Assembly (NCBI GenBank): GCA_000091205.1
Contig: AP006501.2
Strand: one strand, 5' to 3'
DNA: 64,000 nt
Origin: Cyanidioschyzon merolae
Lineage: Eukaryota
Of the stretch, positions 34,907-46,165 are shown one piece after another. A model generated the notes under the pieces. The model was given only the letters and a program-made list of their open reading frames with translations, did not search any database and had not been told where the DNA came from. Made by a program: the position numbers and the translations under genes. Within the stretch, counting starts at the first letter, position 1. Every line of letters starts with the position of its first letter.

Positions 34907-37212
34907 GGGCGCAGTGCTCTCTCTGGATCGTTTCGGCACGGCGCGGGTGCCGCCTAGTGCGAGCCGGATCGCGTGCGAGCCATCTAGCGTCTAGATCGCC
35001 CAAAGAGCAGTACGACCCTAGAGCGTGCGAGCGTGCAGCGCCCCGAGCACCGTTTCTCAGTGCCCATGAACGAGGTTCTTACGTATCCGAGGCCTAAGCA
35101 GCCTAACAGCGAATCGAAAACAGCGGGCGGTTTGGAGGCGGCTCTGAATACTTCGTATAGCTGAGCTCACGGTTTTTCTGTGTCTATTAACTGGATGCTT
35201 TTCAGTAGAGGCCTAACCAGCGTCACGGCGAATAGGAGCAATCAGGCGATGTTCGTGGAGGCCTGGGATTCTCTAGTAGCCGATTCCGGGCGCGCCTGGA
35301 ACACCGCAAGGTTCAGTTCGAACATACATCCGTTAGACCCAGGACACTGCTCAGGAGCACGCGTTGATGTGGATGGAGCTGGTCCGTTCGGTTTGGAGCG
35401 CTTTCTCTGCCAAGATCTTATGGTTCTTTGGGGGCAGAACTCTCGCTCAGCAGCGTAAAAGGTACCGTAGCCGTTGTCGCCCTATCCAGATCGCACCAAC
35501 GATTTTTTCAATAAGTCTAAAACTCCAAGCATGCGACGCTGTGTTTCATATGCCGAGCTCGATCGGTTGCGATTCGAGTGAGAATGATCGTTGGCGTGCA
35601 GCTGCATAACGCTCGTGCCACCGAAGAACCGAAAGCATCCGCGTGCCTTGCGCGGTGACGAGGCAAGCCTAGCGCACTCGGCGGTACCGCCAACCCGCAC
35701 ACTTCGCTGCAGGTTTTCATCTAGTCAAGCGCGATGGTGTGTCGCTTGCGAAGCTGTGCACCTTGAGCACGTTCTGCAGCCGAATATGAAACGCTTCGAG
35801 CTGCAGCTCCATTCAATATCGACCACGTATCGACAGAGACGTCCAGTATCGCTCCATTTCCATGCAGCCTGCGTCTTGGGCGGAAGCTTTACAGACGCGT
35901 TTGTTCGGCACGAAGTTGACGGCATCATCGTTGAGCGCAGACATCGGATATCTGCGTACCTTCTCAGCCGTCCGCGGTCAAGGTATCCAACGGACTTTTG
36001 TTCAGAACGCCCATAGGGACCCGAGTTCGCGGAGTTTGCTGAAAAAAGCATGCACCAGGACAGCGATCTGAGATACCGTCTCGAGCATAGCCGACCAGAT
36101 GATGAATAAATTTGCAGCTGCTTACGCGTTCGATGCTCTTGGAAGGGAATAAACAGCACCTGCCCGAAAGCATAGTTGGAGCGCTGATACATATCGCGTT
36201 TTTCGCGCGCTCGCACACACACACACACCGTAGAAGCGGCAGAGCAGCAGCGCGTTCTCATTTGAAGACGCTGGAGAGCCCGCCAGCGCACCAGGGATCG
36301 TTCTTTGACCTCAGATACCGCATAACGCCGCACACCAGGAAAAGCATGCGCATCGAACGGAACCTGCGGTTCTAGATTGTTGCGCTTCAATGGACAACGA
36401 ACGATGCACGTTCTTCGCTATAATGCTTGGTACGCTGCCGCGCGGACAGTCAGACGTGCTTCGTATGGCTAAGGCGTCCTTCTTTCCTCAAGTTCGTCCC
36501 ATGGAGAGAGCACTTGTTGAACCGAGTTCCCGAGGCATGCAGACACCGCGTTGCTCTGGATAACAGAAAAAATTGCACACCGTAACACGCTTTCTCAGCT
36601 CCGTATCCTCAGTTGATGTCCGCTGGACAACGAAAGCATGTTACCGAAAAAGGTATGCCTCCCGCACTTGGATGGAACCGGCTGAATAACTTGGCAGCGT
36701 AGTCTCGTGTCTTCGTGCCGGCCGCGGCTGCTGCACTACCTGGGATCCATGCCGATGGCACATGATGCTGGCACTGCCAAGCAACTTGCCCCACAAGCGT
36801 TTTACACTGCCAGCGGCAGTTGGCGGCTTTCCTAGAACACTCAAACAGCAGTCTTAACTTGATCAGCAGCAGACAGCCAGAAGAAGGGCATCTATGGTCC
36901 ATGTTTCAGGTGCTTACCGGTACGAGTGTTGCAGGAAACAACGGCTGGCTGACAACCGACGTCGTTTCTGGTGTACCGCAGAGATCGCCGGCCTGGGGGG
37001 CGTACTCAGGTTCATGGCCTGCGCAGAAGCGCTCCTCTTTTGAAGCGCAAAGTCTCCATCTTCCGAGCTCCAATGAATACCGTCTAGAACCTTCGTGGTT
37101 CGGCGGCGGAGCCCGAAAACGAGCAGCCCAGCGGGGACGCTGCCCTAACTGCTACTCTCCGCAGCAAACTACACGCCAAAGTCCGCGTTGTGCAGTCTCC
37201 GACGAGACCTAC

Positions 37213-38475
37213 ATGGACCGCTGCATTCAACTGGCTTTAATGGCAAGGCCGTCCCCGAACCCCCCGGTCGGATGTGTGGTCGTCGACCCTGACACAGGTC
37301 GCATTGTCGGAGAGGGTTTCCATCCGCGTGCGGGCTACCCCCACGCGGAGCAATACGCCTTGCAGGCGACCTTTACAACGCTGAGGAACGCGTCATCGCA
37401 CCAAAACCAGCACCTGGCAGCGACTGTCTCTGAGCCCGTGGCCGCACTACCTGGCTCTGCACGAGGTATGCATGTTTACGTGACGCTCGAGCCGTGCAAC
37501 CATTACGGGAGAACGCCTCCCTGCACCGAGTCCCTGATCCAGGCACAGGTGTCGCGGGTTGTCATCGGTACACGAGATCCAGACCCCAGAACTGCTGGTT
37601 CCGGTGCGGAGCGTCTTCGACGAGCGGGTATCGAGGTGCAGTTTGGACCTCGCGCAGCCGAGTGCTTGAAACTCTACGAGGGCTTTCAGCATCGCATCCA
37701 CCATCAGACTCCACTTGGTATCCTCAAATACGCCATGAGTCTGGATGGTAAAATAGCGACGGAAACAGGGGATGCTCGATGGGTGAGTTCGGCGACCAGT
37801 CGACGGTATGTGCATGAGCTACGCGCTCGCTGTGATGCTGTTGTCGTCGGCGCTGGTACGGTACGTCGAGATGATCCCGCTCTGACGGTTCGTTTGGAGG
37901 AATCCATCGATGTACCTGAACTGGGATATGGCCAGCCCTTGCGTGTCGTCATGTGCACCAGCGCTGCACGATTGTGGCGAGATCGACCTGACGCAAAGCT
38001 CTGGGATACATCAGTGGCCCCGACGGTGCTTGCAGTGTCGTCTGCAGGTGAAGTTTCTTCCTCGAAGGAGCTCGATGCTGCTGAAAGAGAGGCGATTCTT
38101 GCGTTACGCTCTAGAGGTGTCCAGATTGCGTATCTGGATGCATTACTTCCCTTGCCGCCGACGCGGGCGCTAATGCAGTGGCTCTACGACTACGGCTGCA
38201 CCACGGTACTCTGGGAGTGTGGTGGTACCCTTGCGACGTCAGCGGTGCGCGAATCAGCTGTCCACAAAATACTTGTATTCGTAGCCCCAAAGCTCGTCGG
38301 GGGCAGGTCGAGCCCGACGCCGATTGCCGCTGATTTGGGTGTTCGCAACATGGAGGAAGCGCTCGCGCTACGACTTGGTCGGATGGAGGTCATCGGATCT
38401 GGGCAGGATGTGCTCATCGAGGCGTACCTCGACAGCAACAAGCTATCGCCCGATGCGGCTAGCGGCACTACTTGA
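37213..38475 (+). CDS. ribD: Riboflavin biosynthesis protein RibD (fused pyrimidine deaminase and pyrimidine reductase). The ORF is open in frame from 36820, adding a ~131-aa N-terminal extension that may be a targeting peptide.
   Basis: CDA-fold deaminase motifs (HAEQYAL ... YVTLEPCNHYGRTPPC). C-terminal RibD reductase domain (GILKYAMSLDGKIATETGDARWVSS...AVVVGAGTVRRDDPALTVR...). Start coordinate may be off by 1 nt, from hand-counting. Confidence 0.85.
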   Translation: MDRCIQLALMARPSPNPPVGCVVVDPDTGRIVGEGFHPRAGYPHAEQYALQATFTTLRNASSHQNQHLAATVSEPVAALPGSARGMHVYVTLEPCNHYGRTPPCTESLIQAQVSRVVIGTRDPDPRTAGSGAERLRRAGIEVQFGPRAAECLKLYEGFQHRIHHQTPLGILKYAMSLDGKIATETGDARWVSSATSRRYVHELRARCDAVVVGAGTVRRDDPALTVRLEESIDVPELGYGQPLRVVMCTSAARLWRDRPDAKLWDTSVAPTVLAVSSAGEVSSSKELDAAEREAILALRSRGVQIAYLDALLPLPPTRALMQWLYDYGCTTVLWECGGTLATSAVRESAVHKILVFVAPKLVGGRSSPTPIAADLGVRNMEEALALRLGRMEVIGSGQDVLIEAYLDSNKLSPDAASGTT

Positions 38476-38840
38476 GTTGCGCATTCAAATGTTGTCGTGG
38501 TGTACATTTTGCGAAGCACGCCGCGTTGCAAACGGATAGCGGAATGACTTTTACGAGAAGTGCATTTTCGGATGGTGTTCACTCTACGCTGCAAACGGGC
38601 AACAAGCCATGTCGTGGAGCTGAGCAGCGTTTGCGGGTGGTTTCTACGCTCCGTCGTGCGCGGATAACGAAAGCATCGCTTAGGGCTGGTTTGCGTTCAT
38701 GAGCGGTTCCTCGAAGCACCGCAGAGCAGCGCGCTCCCTCTGCTAAAGCGTATCTGACCCGGCGAACAATGGTTCCACAGTGTTTTGGATGTGTGTGCAT
38801 TCTCTGTCCGCACCAGGAAAGGTGGTGCAACCTTGGAAGC

Positions 38841-39308
38841 TCAGCGACCAGGCGTCATGGGTCGTCTCGACGACGTCAGCGGCGAGGAGGAAGCCTTGGG
38901 CGCTTGCTTCAACCCCAGACGCGGTCTTCGTAAGCCCAGGAATATCAACGACCAACCTGTTGCTGAAAACAAAGCTGCCTTATCATATTTCTCCCTAAAG
39001 CTTTTCTTCTGAGTTTTGTGATGTGCGTATCGCATCGCGAGGTAGCCTGCGGGAAATCCCCCAGCAGCGCCCAGTGCTATAAGGTCGCGCTCCGGAATAC
39101 GCCACTGGTGTTGGAGAGCTCTTCTTTTATCCTCAATAATGCACCCGGCAGATATACCGTTCACGCCAAGTAGGTACCATGGAATAAACCTACGGATAGC
39201 TTGCGCCATAGACACACGTTTCGTCGTAGCTTTGCTTTTAAAGCGCCCTGCCCGACGCTTCTCTGTTGTGCGACCTTTAACGTTAACCTGTGCCCCGACT
39301 GCGGACAC
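38841..39308 (-). CDS. DUF1294-family small membrane protein.
   Basis: FIPWYLLGVNGISAGCIIEDKRRALQHQWRIPERDLIALGAAGGFPAGYLAMRYAHHKTQK matches the DUF1294 consensus (DK..A.....WRIPE..L......GG.PGA......RHKT). It has a basic N-terminal ~33 aa. Confidence 0.65.
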   Translation of the reverse strand: MSAVGAQVNVKGRTTEKRRAGRFKSKATTKRVSMAQAIRRFIPWYLLGVNGISAGCIIEDKRRALQHQWRIPERDLIALGAAGGFPAGYLAMRYAHHKTQKKSFREKYDKAALFSATGWSLIFLGLRRPRLGLKQAPKASSSPLTSSRRPMTPGR

Positions 39309-39575
39309 GTTAGAGTAAAAGCTTCAACGCGTTTATACTCGTACTTATAAAAGCACGTCCGTATCCAAACACGTACTTATGCGAGCATGTGTGAAAGCAC
39401 TCGCGTACAGGGTACCTTCCGGCTGGGCGTCTTGCAGTTTTCAGTGGCCACATTGCCGCGCGTCTGCACCGTCGCGCCGCTTCAGCCTACTTTTCTGCGC
39501 TCTCTGTTACTGTTGCTTGACTTGTCGGACGTGCACCGTATACATCCCGCTAGGACGCTGGGGAGAGAGATCCTT

Positions 39576-41156
39576 ATGAGCAGCGAACAGAACCAGCCTT
39601 CATTTGAGTCAGATGGTCTAAAAATTTCGTCAGTAAGGCAACCAGTAGGGGCGTACTTGGCTGCCACGACAGCAGGTACAAGTGCTGCGAGTAGTGGGCG
39701 GCGGCTTGCGTCGCATGGCACCCGCGATGCGGATCCCGGACGCGGGAGCGCTGAAGACGACCGAGTAATGAGCGACTCGGAGTTGCTGTTGCGCAGAAAC
39801 GTTGGTCGACCTGACACCCTAACAGCAGTAGGAACACGCCTCCTGCCGACACGCAGTCGCGAGACGCTACTCGAGAAACTTCCCAAAGTGCGTTCTGTTG
39901 TCATATCCGGTGTTGCACTACTGCAACTGGTGAAAGAATGGCAACGGGCAGGTAAAGGAAGCGCTTCCAAACGCACTGGTGTCCGATCAATGGAAGGCGC
40001 TGCGTCTGAAGCCTATTGCACGGGCCAGCTCGTCGGCTACCTAGAAGTGGAGCGACGCAGTGACCCCACGAGCGACGACGCCAAAACAGCTGACGCTCTC
40101 GTCTGGGGTGACGTGATGCACGTCACAGCAGCCTTTCCCGCTCCCCGTCTGAGCGTCATTGCCGGTGGTCGCTCGACTTCGGGGAGTGCACCGACGTCGT
40201 TGCCCGCTGCGGTGATAGCCAACCAGATGCAGCAGAGGGGCACTTATCTGTGGGAGCGTTGTCGTCTTCTAAGAGAAGCGTCCCGCGAGAATCTGATTGT
40301 GGGTTGGTTTTGCGTTGGCGATACGAGGCAGCTATCGTCTTTTGTGAACGCAGAATGGACGGAGACGCAGTTTCAACACCAGTTCTGGTTGAAAAATGCG
40401 GTCTGTGTTGTATTTGATCCACTACGGAGACACAGTAGCGGGACGCTCGGGATTCGCGTGGTCCGCCTTTCCGATGCGTTCATGCGAGAGTACAGCAGAC
40501 TCATGGATTATCGAGTCGGAGGCTCGGGAAGCTCAAACAAGGGGTCAGCAGCGCTTCAAGCTTACGGTAGAGGTGGCGGTCGCGTCGCAGCCGGCTCAAC
40601 GTTTGTCTCGGAAGTGCTGCGCGATCTGGGGCTCTGCTCCCAGACAATGATCGAGGACGTTCCTTTCACAGTACACGCGTCAGCGCTCTCGGAACAGTAT
40701 CTGGCATGGAGCGCTCTTCAGCATCCACAAGCACGTGAGAACGCAAAGTTTACAGAACACGCTGCTGCCTGTGACTCTGATGTTCAGAGGCTCTCACTGC
40801 GTCGCGATGGGGTGCTCGTGGAGGAAACCGCTGGCGGTTTGATCCAAGATCTCGATGAGGTCACTAGAGAGCAGTCCCGATACCATCACTTTCTTCGGAA
40901 CTATATCCGAATACAGAATCAACAGCATGAATGGCTACGGAGGCGCCGGGCTGAAAACGAACATCGGCGTCAACAGGGACAGGAGCCTCTGCCCGAGGAA
41001 CCGCTTCCCGCGCATCTTAGTTCATATAGTGAGCCGAGTCGTCTTGAGCCTATGATGACCTTTCGTGATCTTTCGGAAACGCTGCGCGATCTTGAACTCG
41101 TCATTGGAGGCCGTTGTGAGAAACAAGTTACGCTCGAATCCTTCAAGACGGTATAG
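39576..41156 (+). CDS. MPN (JAB1/Mov34/PAD-1) domain protein of the non-catalytic MPN(-) type, with a C-terminal coiled-coil region. ORF is open from 39387.
   Basis: MPN core pattern: VVISGVALLQLVKEW..., QLVGYLEVE, VMHVTAAFPAP, LIVGWFCVGDT (no HxH JAMM motif), VNAEWTETQFQHQFWLKNAVCVVFDP, GTLGIRVVRL. Subfamily not assignable; eIF3f/h, CSN6, Rpn8 and Abraxas-like are all possible. Confidence 0.45.
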   Translation: MSSEQNQPSFESDGLKISSVRQPVGAYLAATTAGTSAASSGRRLASHGTRDADPGRGSAEDDRVMSDSELLLRRNVGRPDTLTAVGTRLLPTRSRETLLEKLPKVRSVVISGVALLQLVKEWQRAGKGSASKRTGVRSMEGAASEAYCTGQLVGYLEVERRSDPTSDDAKTADALVWGDVMHVTAAFPAPRLSVIAGGRSTSGSAPTSLPAAVIANQMQQRGTYLWERCRLLREASRENLIVGWFCVGDTRQLSSFVNAEWTETQFQHQFWLKNAVCVVFDPLRRHSSGTLGIRVVRLSDAFMREYSRLMDYRVGGSGSSNKGSAALQAYGRGGGRVAAGSTFVSEVLRDLGLCSQTMIEDVPFTVHASALSEQYLAWSALQHPQARENAKFTEHAAACDSDVQRLSLRRDGVLVEETAGGLIQDLDEVTREQSRYHHFLRNYIRIQNQQHEWLRRRRAENEHRRQQGQEPLPEEPLPAHLSSYSEPSRLEPMMTFRDLSETLRDLELVIGGRCEKQVTLESFKTV

Positions 41157-42175
41157 GGTGCGCTATGCTGCCTAACGAGCTCTGACGGCGAGGCGAACGC
41201 CAGTCGGTGCGCATCAAAGACTCGGGCAGTCAGCGCAGCGTCAAAGTGATGTCCATGTAGAGGCATTCGTATGGGCACTTGGATTCGGCAGTTGACCTCG
41301 GAATGACTGTCCACAGAAGCGTCCTGTGCGCTAGGAGAATGGATCCACTTTCACAGAGAGAGCGGCGTATAGGCGTCCCTGGGCGAGTAAGGAGCGCTTT
41401 ACCTCGCTGATGTTTTTCCGGAACGAATCGAAGGCATGTCGCCCCGGACTACACGGCGAATGTTGCATTGTTGTTGTCGGTCGCAAGGGCAGGAACCTAA
41501 TAATACATGGCGATACAGGTCGCAGGCGGTTGGGTATCTCGCTACCAGAGACCGCCTAAGCAGCTGTGCAAGCTCATGGGATCTCGAAGATCCCCTTATC
41601 AGCTCGAGATTATAGTTTTGTGCCACGAATTCAATGCACCCGTGCATCTGCCAAGTTGACGTGGTCGGAGCGATTGCTTCTCTAGATCACAAACGTTCTC
41701 TCTATCGCAAATTTCTCGAGTAGGTTACGGTATGCGCTAGACACGGCCATCAGCGATCGAAGGTCTGGTGACCTTGAAAACCTCAAGTCCGAGCAATCGG
41801 TCATAACCCAAAAGTTACATTCCTGTGGCCGCACCTGCACGCCTGAACGAATGCGGAGCCCCACGTTGCGACGAAGAAGACGACTGGTTCGCAATATTCC
41901 GAAAAGGTCCGCACGTCGTCGTCGATGTGACATGTCGAGTAAAATTCATCCGCGCCGAACGCTGTGCACTAATACGATAAGCGGTGGAACGTACTTTTCC
42001 AAGAAAGTTCACATGTCGCCATCGATGCGATAGGTCGCGTACGATGCTCACAAACCAGACGCTCTGGCTTCAAGCTCGCCATATCGAGCGCATGATTGTG
42101 TCTGTACCTAAAACGGCGTCACTGAAGCTTAATCGCACGGAGTACGGTGATAAATATCCCAGGCTGCTGTGCTGC

Positions 42176-42712
42176 CTATGGATGCGAGTTGTGTTTTGGA
42201 ATGCATTCACGCTTCGACGCTGATGCACCAGGGCAGTATTCAGTGCTTTTACGCAGTCCTCGTAACATCAACATAGCCCCGATGCCATTCACGAGTGCGA
42301 TACTCCCCAGACATAAACTCAGTGAGAGAGACTCAGCCGGCGAACTCGATGTCGCAATTCGTTGCACAGTCCAGGCGCAGAGCACACCAGCCAGATAAAG
42401 CCGGAAAAAGACGGTCGACCAGAGGAACGCGCCGGGCGAAACAGCTGCAAACCAGTAATAGATCCCAAAACCCTGGGCAACGAGGCCTATCAAGCGTACG
42501 GAGACCACTGAGAAGTGCGGCGGCGGGAAGCACCACCGCAGCGCCAGCTGGGGCCAAACTGCGAGCGCGCTCCCGACAACCAGAAGCGCACAAGCAGTGA
42601 AACGTGCTGCTCGTACGGGTGGTGGTGATGGTGGCGGTGGTGGTGGTGGTGGCGTCAGCTGGACGCCACCACCACCACCACCGGTACCCGAGCACGTCGG
42701 CAAGCCGTACAA
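42176..42712 (-). CDS. Hypothetical small multi-pass membrane protein (4 predicted TM helices). Its N-terminal Gly6/Pro8 run is encoded by a palindromic (GGT)n/(ACC)n tract. The start and the reality of the N-terminus are uncertain.
   Basis: C-terminal 130 aa contain four hydrophobic helices (ALLVVGSALAVW..., LIGLVAQGFGIYYWFAAV, FLWSTVFFRLYLAGVLCAW, LCLGSIALVNGIGAMLMLRGL). The ORF also overlaps the plus-strand ORF 42597..42809 through the palindrome. Confidence 0.35.
   Translation of the reverse strand: MYGLPTCSGTGGGGGGVQLTPPPPPPPPSPPPVRAARFTACALLVVGSALAVWPQLALRWCFPPPHFSVVSVRLIGLVAQGFGIYYWFAAVSPGAFLWSTVFFRLYLAGVLCAWTVQRIATSSSPAESLSLSLCLGSIALVNGIGAMLMLRGLRKSTEYCPGASASKRECIPKHNSHP
42603..42696. 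repeat. Imperfect ~94-bp palindrome / inverted repeat centred on CAGCTG (42656-42661): (GGT)n GGCGT CAGCTG GACGCC (ACC)n.
   Basis: Left arm ggtggtggtggtggcgt (42639-42655) is the reverse complement of right arm (g)acgccaccaccaccacc (42662-42682). Outer flanks cgtgct...gtacgg and ccggtac...agcacg are also partly complementary. Confidence 0.85.
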
Positions 42713-45458
42713 CGGTACCGTCCGAGAACGATACGAGCTGAGACAGCATACCAGACCCGACTACGTCGTGCGTTTTTCAGCGGCACCTGAACGAACATGT
42801 TCCGTCTGAATATTTCACAAGTTGCTTAGCATACCGGAACTTGCTCAGGCAATAGCGTTACAGCAAAAGGTGCTGCAACGAAAGCGCAAGGTGTCATTAC
42901 CGTTTGGGGGGTGATACGGTTCGCAGGCACTTGCCAGAATACGCATACGCAATGTGGAATGGATACCCTCTGCCCCAGTGGCCAGTAGGGTATTTACGCT
43001 GCGTCTGTCGATACGCCCGTGTCAGTGGAAAGTAAAACAGGCTCCGATTTGCTCACTCGAGCGTGCACACACAAGCTTGTGTCCCGTTCCATTGTCATGA
43101 ACAGTAGCTTTTTTGGCTTTTTCTGCAAAAGCTTCGTTTTCCTCTCTCGCTCTCTCTCTCTCATTTCCGAACAGAAAAAAAAACGGCGGTCGAACCCGTG
43201 CTCTTAGACCCCTTATCAGCAGTCAAAGGATGCTGATTGCAGTATCCGAGTCCAAGGTCGCTGATTCCTGCTGCTGTCGAGGCAGTCATGCACAAAATGA
43301 GGTCGCGATCTATGCCTCGCTCGCAACGCTCATCTTCTTTTATTCGCAGACTCGAAGCGTTTTTCGCATCGGTGACACTTGACGATTATCAGGTGATCCG
43401 GTATGTCGACCACACGTCCTCGAGTTCGGAGGATCACCATGTCGCGCTTGGACGATTGCTTCATTGCTCGGTACATGCCCTTGACGAGTATGAAAAGCGC
43501 ACCTCCATGCCCGCCTGCGTTTCCACGATCGGTGCCGTACCCGAAGACCATGGCCTTCCTCTGGCAAGGCCTTCGGTGAGTACGGTTTCTGGTGAAGGTG
43601 CAAGCGCGTGCTGTCCCAATCGATGGAGGATTTATGAAACGCGATCCTGCCCAAGATGATGCACTTACCGGAAGTGGAATCTCGACAGGAGACCAAGTCA
43701 GGAGATTCCTATCTGCCAACGCTGCCTGCTTGCAAAGCGTTGACGTAGTGTTCACCGAAAGTGATCGATGCCACGATCGGGGTCTGAGTACCAGCCGTCT
43801 TTTTATGAAAATAGAAGAGACGGGAGCCTCTGAGTGCTTATCTCGTGGTACGGAGCATGCTGCTGTTGAAGGCGATTTTGGCAACGAGCACAAAAAGAGT
43901 AGAATTTGTGCTTCGAACGAAATCGGTTCCTTGTCGTGCCAAGCTTGGTGAAAAATCAACACGAGCATGTTCTAAGGCCGCAAAAAAATGACGTCGTGTT
44001 TTCTTCCTCGTCTATCCGGCTGCGGTAATAGCGACGCCGGCGAGTTGTCCATCAACAAGCTCGCCGAAAACTTGCAGAATGCGTGTTTCGACCATGCTAT
44101 ACGCAAGGAAAGAAGAAGAGTGAACGCTTGCACATATGCCTCAGATAATCGTGCAGGTTATTTTACGAATCTTTGTTGCGTGGCGTCGCGAATCATCCTG
44201 ATTCCGGTGACGCAACGAATTCCGGCAGCAAAGCGTCGCGGGAGCCACTCCGAGTCGTCGATCGAGAATCCTAAAACTATGAAGGCATTCGGAAAATCCA
44301 TACTGCCGCAGCTCCAATGTCAAGACATTGCACCAAGGAAAGGTTCCGAATCAAAAACCTGAACGCTGGAACACAGCGAGCAGTTCAGTGTTCCAGTCGA
44401 GTCTGCTGGGGGCGGAGGACGCCCTTGCATCTATTGCTGCAAAATTATTGACGCAGAGAGTTACATCACATAACCTGCTAGGCAGAATGGGCTGCGAACC
44501 GGATGCGCACACGGGCCCAGTGCTTTGTGCACCTACGCCCTGGTAGATGCTAAGCAAACGTCCACGTCGCGAACCGGCAACGCATTTCATACAAGATCGC
44601 GAAGGAGAGGTGGCTCCCGGGACTCATCCCAACAACCAAGTTTCTCCAGCATGTGTTGCACCGAAGGCAAGCCTCTATCCGCTGAGTGATTCAACACGTA
44701 TCGACTTCGAGACCCGACTTTCTATCAGGTGCGGCACGACTCGAGCTGACGCCCCCTGTGGTATTGGGACGCCGTCCTGGCTCCATGCACGACTGGACCG
44801 GTGCTAGGGGCGCTATCGCGGACACGTGTGGCACACACGCAGCGCGCATGACTACCCGGAAAACTATCGGTAGCTCCGAGGGAAAGTGTAGCTAGTGGAA
44901 TTTGGTAGTAGAGCGTGGAACGATGGATGCCGCTCCGAGCGCGGGTATCAAGCGCGCATTCGGGCATCCCCGGTCTCAGTAACGGTTTCGTCAACTGAAA
45001 AAGTGCATATCACGGATCCTACGCTCGACCGGTGTTAAGGCGTCTGCGTCGGAGTTTTTGTTTTTGCTGTGATTCGCGGCAGTACTTGCACACTGCGTGG
45101 AGCCTTGTTCGATCAAATGCTCTTATGCCAATCCAAGGACAAAGGTTTTGCATATCTGCCAAGATCACCGGACGGAAACCTCTTCGATGTATCGCCCTTG
45201 CGCCGCAGAAAAGCGAAAGTGGTACGATACCGCAGCGTTCGTTGTGACACATAAAATACATAAATGAACTATTTGCTCCAGATTCGTGGATCTCTCGCGC
45301 CGCATCTGAATAAAAAAGCAGCCGCTGTCCACTGGCGCACGCTGGGTCATTCGCCCGCGCTCCACGCGCATGCGTCCAGCAAGCGGAAGGTACAAACGTT
45401 TCCAAAGTTTGCGCCAAGCGACGGGAGCCACGCCTCTTGATCGTTTTTTACGGGAAGT

Positions 45459-45857
45459 ATGGACGCTACATCAGCGACTTCTGGACATGCGACAGAAATC
45501 ACGTTACCAAGCGCCAAACAGCTGATAGTGAATACGCTGCGTCGCGCTTGGCGAACCCCAAGGACGCATCGCGCAAAAGCCTGCGTCTGGAAAGCGAAGG
45601 CTCAACGTCAGCGAACCTGGGCAGACAAAGAGGCGGATCGAGAACGTTTGCAAGCAGTAAAAAAGTTAGAGCGCAGCCTGAAGGAGAAGGCGCGGGCACA
45701 GCGGGCAGCTGAAGCAGAGCGAAGAGCCCAAATGCGCGCCGAACGTGAAGCCAACGCCCTCCGCACCGGCACGAAAGTGCAGATTGTGCGTGATTCGAAC
45801 AAGATCAAGCGCATGTCTAAAAAGCAGCAAAAATTGCTACGAAAGATGGCATTATAG
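45459..45857 (+). CDS. Cgr1/CCDC86-like small basic coiled-coil nucleolar protein (putative).
   Basis: 132 aa, Lys/Arg/Glu-rich. ACVWKAKAQRQRTWADKEADRERLQAVKKLERSLKEKARAQR fits the Cgr1 pattern (vWK..K.Afr....sWe.R...R.....Ke.E.E.K). Confidence 0.45.
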   Translation: MDATSATSGHATEITLPSAKQLIVNTLRRAWRTPRTHRAKACVWKAKAQRQRTWADKEADRERLQAVKKLERSLKEKARAQRAAEAERRAQMRAEREANALRTGTKVQIVRDSNKIKRMSKKQQKLLRKMAL

Positions 45858-46165
45858 GCTGCGCGCAGCCACCTGAACCGAATAAAGTGAGCACCGAGCA
45901 GGTGGTCTAGCTTTCCCTTGCGCTCCAAAGCGAGAACGTTGCTTCGAGTTTGCCAGTTGGCACAACAGTGACAAAACTCGTTCAGGACACGAACCTCACA
46001 CTGCGAAAGAATTCGCACTTAATCCTCTGGTAGAAACGGTGCATACATCATTGTATCCAGCAGGTACACGTTACTCTAAACGAAAGACCTAGACTCTTTT
46101 TCAAGACGCTCGCATGAGGTCTCGGACGCAGCACCAAACGCCAGACACTCCTCTTGGCATGCCCT

